From Alphaproteobacteria bacterium (GTDB lineage: Bacteria; Pseudomonadota; Alphaproteobacteria; CALKHQ01): DNA of 64,000 nucleotides. Made by a program: the position numbers and the translations under genes. The notes below the pieces were generated by a model. It had not been told where the DNA came from, searched no databases, and saw only the letters and a list, made by a program, of their open reading frames with translations. The stretch lies in NCBI GenBank assembly GCA_965227515.1, contig CBDDFZ010000001.1, forward strand, positions 3,680,001-3,744,000. Reading direction: 5' to 3'. Shown here in pieces: positions 57,061-64,000 of the stretch (the stretch's first letter is position 1; each line of letters starts with the position of its first letter).

Positions 57061-58856
57061 GCTGTCTCCTTGCAAATGCCTGCCTTGACCTTCGCCGCCA
57101 CCGGTGCCGCGTCGGCCTGCTTGAGATCGTGCGCGATCAGGTCCGACATGCGCTCGGCCAGCATGATCGTGGGCAGGTTGATGTTGGCACACGGGATCGA
57201 CGGAAAGGCGGACGCATCGGCGACCCGCAGGCCGGCAACGCCCCTCACCCGGCCCCGCGCATCGAGCACGGCGTCGGGATCGTCGTCGGCGCCCATGCGG
57301 CACGAACACGAGGCGTGCCAAACCCCGACCGCGGCATGCCGAATGAAGTCTTCCAGCGCGGCGTCGTCGGCCAGCAGCCTGTCCATCGGCGCGCCCTCGA
57401 CGATCAGCCGGTCGATCAGCCGGCGGCGCAGCGGTGCTGGCCCATCCAGCAGGCGGGCGAGCACCGATGTCAGCAGCTTGTTGCGCGGCGTGATGGCAGC
57501 GACCTGGCGCACCTTGTCGGAGTAGCTGGCGGGAAACACGTCGGTGACGACGCCCTCCATTGGCGCGGAACGCACGACGCCAGCCAGCATGCGGAACGCC
57601 GACTTCAGGCGTTCCATGTCGCGGCTGTCGCTCAGCAAGTTGAAGTCGACCTTCGGCATGTCGCCCGCGCGCGGCGAGGCGAGCGCCACCGTGCCGTCCT
57701 CGGAGTAGGTCTTGTTGACCCAGATGTTGACGGTCGCAAGTTGGTCGCCGACCGCATGCCACGCCGACTTTGTGGCGATGGAAGCGGCCATGTCGCCCGG
57801 CGGCGCACCGTCGAGCCCCGACGAGAACCTGAGCCCGAGCATCAGGTGCCGGCGGGTGCGCCCGTTGATGCGCGCGTGCGGCAGCACGAAGCCGGCAACG
57901 GCGACGGACGGGTGGTCGGTCAGTCGCCGTCCCACGCCGGGCAGGTCGGCAACGACCGGGATACCCATCGCGCCGGTCTGGTCGGCGGGGCCGATGCCGG
58001 CGCGCAGCAGCATGGCGGGGGTGAAGATCGCGCCGGCGCTCAACACCGTTGTCCGCGCGCGCACGACGCGCTCCGCCCCATCCAGGCGCAGGCGCACGCC
58101 GGTGCAAGTGGTGCCCTCAATGACCAGCCCATCGACCGCGGTCTCGGTCAGCAGGGTCAGGTTTGGGCGGGCACGAACGGTCGAGCCCAGATAGCCGATG
58201 GCGGCGGTGACCCGGCGGTCGAACACATTGGTGATCGCGACCGGGTAGTAGCCGTCGAGAAAGTCGCCATTCTGGTCGGCGATATAGTCGTAGCCGGCCG
58301 CGTCCAGGGCGCGCGCCATGGCATGGGCGTGCTCGGGCCACAGGGGCTGGAACAGGCGCGACACCGCAATCGGCCCCTCCTTGCCGTGCAGCGGGCCGCC
58401 GAAGTCCATGTCGCGTTCCAGCTTGCGAAAATAGGGCAGCACCGCATCCCAATTCCAGCCGTCCGCGCCGCGCGCTTGCCATTCGTCGTAGTCGCCCGGC
58501 GACCCTCGGCCGGCGAGCTGGCCATTGATCGACGAGCCGCCGCCCAGCACACGCGCCTGCTCATATTTGCGTTTCGGTGCGGTCCGGCCTTGCGACACTG
58601 GCTCGGTGGTGGCGCGCAGGTCGTTCCAGATGTAGCCCGGGTTGAGGTAGGCGAAGCCCGCGAAGCTGTCGAGAATGGCTTCGGGCACCTGGCCGGGCGG
58701 CGTGTCCTGGCCGGCCTCGCACAGCAGCACGCGGCAATCAGGGTCCTCGCTCAGGCGGCTCGCCAGCACGCAGCCGGCGGAGCCGCCGCCGACGACAATG
58801 ACATCGAAGGGATCGGCGAGATCCCCCGGTGCGGCTGTATGGCGTTGGTCACCCAT
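57057..58856 (-). CDS. GMC oxidoreductase (choline-DH/HMF-oxidase HmfH-like clade)
   Basis: GGGSAGCVLASRLSE, EAGQDTPPGQVPEAILDS, YEQARVLGGGSSING, WHASCSCRMG, ANINLPTIMLAE. Confidence 0.87.
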   Translation of the reverse strand: MGDQRHTAAPGDLADPFDVIVVGGGSAGCVLASRLSEDPDCRVLLCEAGQDTPPGQVPEAILDSFAGFAYLNPGYIWNDLRATTEPVSQGRTAPKRKYEQARVLGGGSSINGQLAGRGSPGDYDEWQARGADGWNWDAVLPYFRKLERDMDFGGPLHGKEGPIAVSRLFQPLWPEHAHAMARALDAAGYDYIADQNGDFLDGYYPVAITNVFDRRVTAAIGYLGSTVRARPNLTLLTETAVDGLVIEGTTCTGVRLRLDGAERVVRARTTVLSAGAIFTPAMLLRAGIGPADQTGAMGIPVVADLPGVGRRLTDHPSVAVAGFVLPHARINGRTRRHLMLGLRFSSGLDGAPPGDMAASIATKSAWHAVGDQLATVNIWVNKTYSEDGTVALASPRAGDMPKVDFNLLSDSRDMERLKSAFRMLAGVVRSAPMEGVVTDVFPASYSDKVRQVAAITPRNKLLTSVLARLLDGPAPLRRRLIDRLIVEGAPMDRLLADDAALEDFIRHAAVGVWHASCSCRMGADDDPDAVLDARGRVRGVAGLRVADASAFPSIPCANINLPTIMLAERMSDLIAHDLKQADAAPVAAKVKAGICKETA

Positions 58857-59934
58857 TACCCGGCACCCAGCCAGAGTAGAGCGGATGTGCCGCACCGATC
58901 GGCAACGTCGCCGGCTCGCCGGTGCTGGCGGAATGGAAGATGGCCGTCACCAGTTCCAGCGACCGCCGCGCGTCCTCCAGCGTCACCGCGAATGGCTCGC
59001 CGTCGGCGAGGCGCGCGTGAACATCGGCGAACTGGCCGGCGAACCCCACGGGCGCGCGCGCAACGCCGGCCATGATCGCATTGGCTTCCGCCTCGATCTC
59101 CGGCGTGGCCGTCGTCACCTGCCACGGCTCAGCACCGGGCCTTGGCGCCAGCTCGTCGAAGCATTGCCGCTCGACGGTCAGGTTCTCGAAGCACAGCCGG
59201 ATGCGCGTTGCGGGCCGCACCGACCCGAGCGTCGCGGTCAGCGAGGCCAACGACCCGTCGGCCATGGTGAGTGCCGCGACCGCGCAATCCTCAACCTCCA
59301 CCGGGTTCACCCGCGTGGTCTTGAACGCTTTCACCTCGGCGGCGGGGCCCATCAGGTCGAACAGCAGGTCATGGATGTGGATCGATTGGGTCAGCAGCAC
59401 GCCGCCAAGTTCTGTCGCGAACTTGCCCCGCCATGGCGTCGCGTAGTAGTCGGCGCCGCGCCGCCACGCGGTCTCGATGGAGGACACATAGGCACGCCCC
59501 GGCAGGCCCGAACGAATCAGCGCGCGCACCTTGGCGATGCCGTCGCCAAACCGGTACTGGAACACCGGCGCGACCCGCTTCGGCGAACCGGCCTCCAGCG
59601 CGATGATCTCGTCCGCCTGCGCCAGCGAGGCCACGAACGGCTTCTCGCAGATGACGTGGCGGCCGGCCTTCAGCACCGCCCTCACCTGCTCGAAGTGCGC
59701 GACGGGCGGGGTGCAGATGCTGACCACGTCGACATCGTCGGCGGCGATGGTCTCGTCGACGCAGCCGGACGCAACCGGGATCGCGTGCCGTGCCGCAAAC
59801 GACACCGCCTTGTCGGCGTCGAGGTCGCAGCACCGCGTCACCTGATAGGCGTCGGGCAACATCGCAAAGCCGGTGCGCATCTGGGTGTCGGCGGTCCAGC
59901 CGCACCCGACGATGGCGACACGAAGACGTCTCAT
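58849..59934 (-). CDS. Gfo/Idh/MocA oxidoreductase
   Basis: AIVGCG, ICTPP, ICEKP, PVFQYRFG, GGVLLTQSIHIHDL. Confidence 0.9.
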   Translation of the reverse strand: MRRLRVAIVGCGWTADTQMRTGFAMLPDAYQVTRCCDLDADKAVSFAARHAIPVASGCVDETIAADDVDVVSICTPPVAHFEQVRAVLKAGRHVICEKPFVASLAQADEIIALEAGSPKRVAPVFQYRFGDGIAKVRALIRSGLPGRAYVSSIETAWRRGADYYATPWRGKFATELGGVLLTQSIHIHDLLFDLMGPAAEVKAFKTTRVNPVEVEDCAVAALTMADGSLASLTATLGSVRPATRIRLCFENLTVERQCFDELAPRPGAEPWQVTTATPEIEAEANAIMAGVARAPVGFAGQFADVHARLADGEPFAVTLEDARRSLELVTAIFHSASTGEPATLPIGAAHPLYSGWVPGNG

Positions 59935-59941
59935 GGGCGCA

Positions 59942-61276
59942 TCACGACGCCGCGCGCAGCGTCTCGTCGGCCGCGTAGGCGCGCGACAGCAGCCGCCCAT
60001 TGTCGGCGAAATCCAACGCGAACGGTTCGGAGCAATCGCCGAAGACCGCGCTGTCGCGCAGTTCCGCGACCAGCGGCTCGGACACCAGCACCTCGTCCAG
60101 GTTGAGCGTGGAGCGGATGACGCACATCCGCGTTTGCGGATTGCCGGGCGACCAGCACGTCGACACCGCGGCGCGCATGGCATCGCGGTCGTTGGCCAGC
60201 ACGATCGGGAACCGCGATTTCTCGACCAGGGTCGATGTCAGCGAGTTCATGTAGATCTGCTGCAGGTCGATCTTGCGGGTGACGTCGACGGTGGTGAAGT
60301 CGGCCAGCCCGACGCCGAGCCCGTTGCCGCCGGTCGCGGCGCTGAGCCCCAGCACCACGATGCGCGACACGAACGGGGCCGGGTTGGGGATCGAGCGCAG
60401 GTCGGCCCGCCCGGTGACGGCATGATCCATGCCGGCGCCGGAGATGTCCTTGCCGATCTGCTCGACCACCAGCACGTCCAACGGGTCGAACGGCAGCCGG
60501 GCGATGAAGGCCTTGGCCCGCTTGAGCAGCCGCTCGTCGGCCGCATGGAAATCCGCCGGCGCCACGCCTTCGACCGCGATCAGCGACTTGTCCGGGTTCT
60601 CGACCAGCGCGATGCCGAGCGCGATGGGCGCCTTTTCCAGCAACACGCGGGCGACGGCGGGCACGACGTCGGTCAGGGCCGGCGGCCCGGTGCGATGGGC
60701 GGCGCGCGCGCCCTCCGCCTTGCCCAGGCCGACGGTCACCATCTTCACCAGCCCGCTCTCGATTGCCCGGTCGAAGGTGGTGTGCGACTTCACCCGGTTG
60801 ATCACCACCACGGCGTCGGCACCGGCCGCGTTGCGGTCGAACTTGCAGCGCGTGCCGGCATCGGTGGTGCCGTAGTCGACTGTTTCCATCGTCGCGCGGA
60901 TCGGGGCGCCCAACGTCGTTTCGGTGAGTCCGAGGCGGTCGAGCACGGCGATCTGGCCCTCCGCCGTCCCGCCACCGTGGCTGCCCATCGCCGGCACCAC
61001 GAACGGCGCCAGGCCCATGTCGCGCAGGGCGGCGATGGCGGTGCCGGCCACTTCCGCGATACGCGCGATGCCCCGGCTGCCGAGGGCAACCGCGACGCTG
61101 GCACCCGGGGGCAGTCGACGTAGGCGTTCGCTGCCTTCCACGGCGGCACGCACCGCCGCCGGCACGTCAGCAACCGCGTCGCCGACGGGGTGGTTCAGGC
61201 GCGCGCGGACCACGCGCGGCAGTTCCACATCGGCCAGATGCGGGAATTCAAGCGTGGGAAACGAGACTGCCGGCAT
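59942..61276 (-). CDS. Lactate-racemase-domain (LarA homolog/DUF362-like) protein
   Basis: GSRGI, PAMGSHGG.TAEGQ, NRVKSHT, ESGLVKM..GLGK, GKDISGAGMD. Confidence 0.72.
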   Translation of the reverse strand: MPAVSFPTLEFPHLADVELPRVVRARLNHPVGDAVADVPAAVRAAVEGSERLRRLPPGASVAVALGSRGIARIAEVAGTAIAALRDMGLAPFVVPAMGSHGGGTAEGQIAVLDRLGLTETTLGAPIRATMETVDYGTTDAGTRCKFDRNAAGADAVVVINRVKSHTTFDRAIESGLVKMVTVGLGKAEGARAAHRTGPPALTDVVPAVARVLLEKAPIALGIALVENPDKSLIAVEGVAPADFHAADERLLKRAKAFIARLPFDPLDVLVVEQIGKDISGAGMDHAVTGRADLRSIPNPAPFVSRIVVLGLSAATGGNGLGVGLADFTTVDVTRKIDLQQIYMNSLTSTLVEKSRFPIVLANDRDAMRAAVSTCWSPGNPQTRMCVIRSTLNLDEVLVSEPLVAELRDSAVFGDCSEPFALDFADNGRLLSRAYAADETLRAAS

Positions 61277-61289
61277 GGTGCGCTCCCGT

Positions 61290-61463
61290 TCAGATGCCCG
61301 CCGCGTTGCGCGGGCGCTTGCGGAGGATATCGAAATTGCGATGTTCCATCGGACTCACCGCACTCATCGCCTTGATGAGCGCCTTGCGAGAATACGGCGC
61401 GAAGGCCTGGCATCCATCGCTCGCCAAGCTGTTGCGCAAGCCTTCCGGTCGCGATGCGGACAT
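61290..61463 (-). pseudogene. Collapsed IlvD/Edd-family dehydratase remnant
   Basis: MSASRPEGLRNSLASDGCQAFAPYSRKALIKAM resembles the N-terminus (GLRKGLTSYGDAGFSLFLRKAFIKAM, from memory) of one IlvD/Edd subfamily; tail NFDILRK resembles the C-terminal DFDFL. Confidence 0.6.
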
Positions 61464-61728
61464 TGATTGCCAGTGCAATCGGCGACTAGGCATGTGGCCG
61501 CCAAGCGCGCTTCAGGCCGGTCAGCTTATATGTTGGGCTGTTCGGCAAGTCCATTGAGCCCCGGTTGGCCACGCCCGTCGATTGGTCGGCAGCGGTCTGC
61601 GCGCATTGAAATTTGCGTCCATCGGTCGGCTGATATATCCCACGGTCTCCATGCCGAAGGAGACCTCCATAGCGCCCGACGACGTTGGGCTTGTCGCCAA
61701 GCCGAAGCGCAGCCGCGAGCGGCGCGGC

Positions 61729-62748
61729 ATGGCAGGCTCGGTGAAGCTGGCGGATGTCGCCCGGCTGGCAAACGTCTCCACGGCGACCGCCTCGCGCGTC
61801 ATCAACACCCCCGGCGCCGTCAAGGAACAGACCCGCGTCCGGGTGGAAAAGGCGATCCTGGAACTGGGCTGGATTCCGCACGGCCCCGCGCAAGCGCTGG
61901 CGAGCCTGCGCTCGCGGACGGTCGGGGCGCTGATCCCGACCCTCGGCCATCAGGCCATTGCGACGATGCTGGAAAGTTTGCAGCGCACGCTGGGCGAGGC
62001 CGGCTACACGCTGGTGCTGGGGCGGCCGGACGAGTCCGACGAGCGCACGGTACAGCAGGCGCAAAAGATGATTCAGAACGGGGTCGAGTGCCTGATCCTG
62101 ATGGGCGAGGACCAGCCGCCTGAGCTCTACAGCGTGTTGAAGCGGCGAAAGATCTTCAACGTCATCATCTACACGACAGGCGCCTTCGGCCACGCCAACT
62201 GCATCGGCTTCGACAACTACGGCGAGATGGTCCGGATCACCGAGCACCTGCTCGACATGGGCCACACCCGCTTCGGCGTTATCTCGCGCCACTTCGACCG
62301 CAACGACCGCATCCGCTTGCGGGTCAACGCGGTGCGCGACACGCTCGCACTGCATGGGCTGGCGGTGCGCCCCAAGCATCTGCAGACGGTCGACACGTGG
62401 CAGATCACGTCGGGCCGGGAGGGGATGCGCGCCATCCTTGCCGACGGGGCACCGCCAACCGCCGTCATCTGCACCAACGACTATCTGGCGACGGGCGCGC
62501 TGATCGAGGCGCGCGCCTCCGGCCTGCGCGTCCCTGACGACATCAGCATCACCGGTTTCGACGATGTCGAGCTTGCCGCGCACATGGACCCGCCATTGAC
62601 CACCATGCGCGTGCCGTCCAGGGCGATGGGCGAGACCGTGGCGCATTATGTCGTGGACTCTATCGAACATGGCGGCGCGGACCTGCCCGCCCCCCTTCCT
62701 GCGGAATTGATGGTACGGGGCTCGACCGCTCCCCCCAAGGCCGGTTGA
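61729..62748 (+). CDS. LacI-family transcriptional regulator
   Basis: KLADVARLANVSTATASRVIN, CTNDYLA, ITGFDD, PPLTTMR. Confidence 0.92.
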   Translation: MAGSVKLADVARLANVSTATASRVINTPGAVKEQTRVRVEKAILELGWIPHGPAQALASLRSRTVGALIPTLGHQAIATMLESLQRTLGEAGYTLVLGRPDESDERTVQQAQKMIQNGVECLILMGEDQPPELYSVLKRRKIFNVIIYTTGAFGHANCIGFDNYGEMVRITEHLLDMGHTRFGVISRHFDRNDRIRLRVNAVRDTLALHGLAVRPKHLQTVDTWQITSGREGMRAILADGAPPTAVICTNDYLATGALIEARASGLRVPDDISITGFDDVELAAHMDPPLTTMRVPSRAMGETVAHYVVDSIEHGGADLPAPLPAELMVRGSTAPPKAG

Positions 62749-62759
62749 AAGAGCACGTC

Positions 62760-63875
62760 TCAGCCGCCGACGCGCGTGCCGCTGTCGCGCACGAAATCCA
62801 TGTCCAGCTCCAGGCCGAGCCCGGGTAGTTCGGGCACCTCCATGAAGCCGTCCTCCGGCGCGGTCGCGTTCTTGAACAGGTGCATCGTGACCGGCTCGAA
62901 TATCCGCAGCCGCTCCAGCGAGATGACGTTCTCCACCGCCGCCGCGAAGCTGCGGTGGACGTACTCCATCGCGTGCGGCGCCAGCGTCTTGTTCCAGGCC
63001 TGCGCCAGCGCGGCGCATTTCAACATCTCGGTGTAGCCGCCGGCGCGCGCACCGTCGAGCTGGACGATGTCGACCGCCTCGTGCAGCAGCAGGTCGCGCA
63101 GACCATAGCGCGTGTACTCGTGCTCGCCCGTTCCCAGCGGGATGTCCGTCCCGCGCTTGAAGCGCGCCAGCCCCGGAATGTCGTCGGCGAAAACCGGCTC
63201 CTCGAACAGAAAGATGTCGAACTCCCGCACCCGGTTGGCCACCTGCACCGCAGTCGCCGCGTCCCAGCAATTGTTGGCATCGAGCAGCAGCTTGATGTCG
63301 GGGCCGATCGCCTCGCGGACCTTGCGGACGCGGATGACGTCGCGCGACGGATTGGTGCCGGCATCGACCCCGACCTTGCATTTCACCGCCGTGTAGCCCT
63401 GGCCGACCATGTCCAGCATCTCGGCCACCAGTTCGTCGTCGTCGTAGGAGGTCCACCCGCCGCTGGCATAGACCGGCACCCGGCTGCGGTTGCCGCCGAG
63501 CAACCGGTGAACCGGCAAGTCCAGAATCTTGCCCTTCAGGTCCCACAAGGCGAAATCGACCGCGCTGAGGGCGCAGAACGAAAGCCCCTTGCGGCCGACG
63601 CCCCGCAGATAGTGGAACATCTCGTGCCAGATGACCTCGGTCTCCAGCGGATCGCGGCCGATCAGCTTCGGACCGATCGCGCGGTCGACCAGGTTCCCGG
63701 TCGCCTCGCCGCCGACCTCGTTATAGGTGACGCCGATGCCCTCCCGGCCCTCGCAATCCGCGATCCGCACGACGACGAAACCGACATCCTCCACCGAGCG
63801 CGTCGCGTCGGTCAGATTGCCGGCAACCGGCATGGACACCAGGTGCGTCTGCACCCACGCAATCTGTCGCTTCAT
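62760..63875 (-). CDS. Mandelate racemase/MLE (enolase superfamily) enzyme, probable acid-sugar dehydratase
   Basis: ALWDLKGK, YASGG, KCK, metal ligands DAN/EEP/GE, LAPH, PGLG. Confidence 0.9.
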   Translation of the reverse strand: MKRQIAWVQTHLVSMPVAGNLTDATRSVEDVGFVVVRIADCEGREGIGVTYNEVGGEATGNLVDRAIGPKLIGRDPLETEVIWHEMFHYLRGVGRKGLSFCALSAVDFALWDLKGKILDLPVHRLLGGNRSRVPVYASGGWTSYDDDELVAEMLDMVGQGYTAVKCKVGVDAGTNPSRDVIRVRKVREAIGPDIKLLLDANNCWDAATAVQVANRVREFDIFLFEEPVFADDIPGLARFKRGTDIPLGTGEHEYTRYGLRDLLLHEAVDIVQLDGARAGGYTEMLKCAALAQAWNKTLAPHAMEYVHRSFAAAVENVISLERLRIFEPVTMHLFKNATAPEDGFMEVPELPGLGLELDMDFVRDSGTRVGG

Positions 63876-64000
63876 CGCTGCAACGTCCCCACATCGGAAG
63901 TGTCGATCATGACAATGGCGGCCTCAAGTTGTTCACTGCAACCGGCGCATCTGCGCCAAGCAGATGGCCGACGATCACCGGCAACTGGGCAGCCACCATT

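Noticed and set aside
13431-63546. Many long antisense or alternative-frame ORFs (e.g. 13431-15251 +, 21545-23287 +, 46561-48519 +, 57027-59075 +, 61486-63546 -)
   Set aside because: They shadow well-supported genes, carry no motifs, and are expected in high-GC DNA where stops are rare.

Overview
A GC-rich, gene-dense region, most likely from an alphaproteobacterium (inferred from gene content and REP/RIME-type intergenic repeats). It is almost entirely carbohydrate, polyol and organic-acid uptake and catabolism, with no rRNA, tRNA, CRISPR or transposase. Four modules: (1) 1-8.3 kb, alpha-galactoside module (CUT1 ABC transporter, MelR-like AraC regulator, GH4 MelA, aldo/keto reductase). (2) 8.4-27.7 kb, an uncharacterised catabolic regulon: two complete CUT1 ABC transporters, four SnoaL/NTF2-like 'ester cyclase' proteins, a non-canonical HisD/HpsN-like dehydrogenase, SDR, bicupin, stand-alone MetE-C-terminal (CIMS-like) Zn enzyme and LacI regulator. 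An identical 16-bp palindrome (TTGCATACGAATGCAA / reverse complement) at 17865 and 27698 ties its operons together; this is the best candidate for an undescribed pathway. (3) 28-41 kb, an erythritol/pentitol (ery/mpt-like) operon whose first kinase gene has collapsed to a 47-codon remnant. (4) 42-64 kb, a TRAP-fed acid-sugar/hydroxy-acid cluster (two DHDPS-family enzymes, fused gluconate-2-DH-subunit-3/GMC enzyme, CoA transferase, enoyl-CoA hydratase, SNDH-like ALDH plus GMC, LarA-like protein, enolase-family enzyme, LacI) with a collapsed IlvD/Edd dehydratase remnant. A ~127-bp palindromic MITE/RIME-like element occurs twice and supplies the stop codon of the adjacent gene each time. Product calls come from recognisable motifs, not database searches, and several starts were re-chosen from RBS and gene-overlap evidence.
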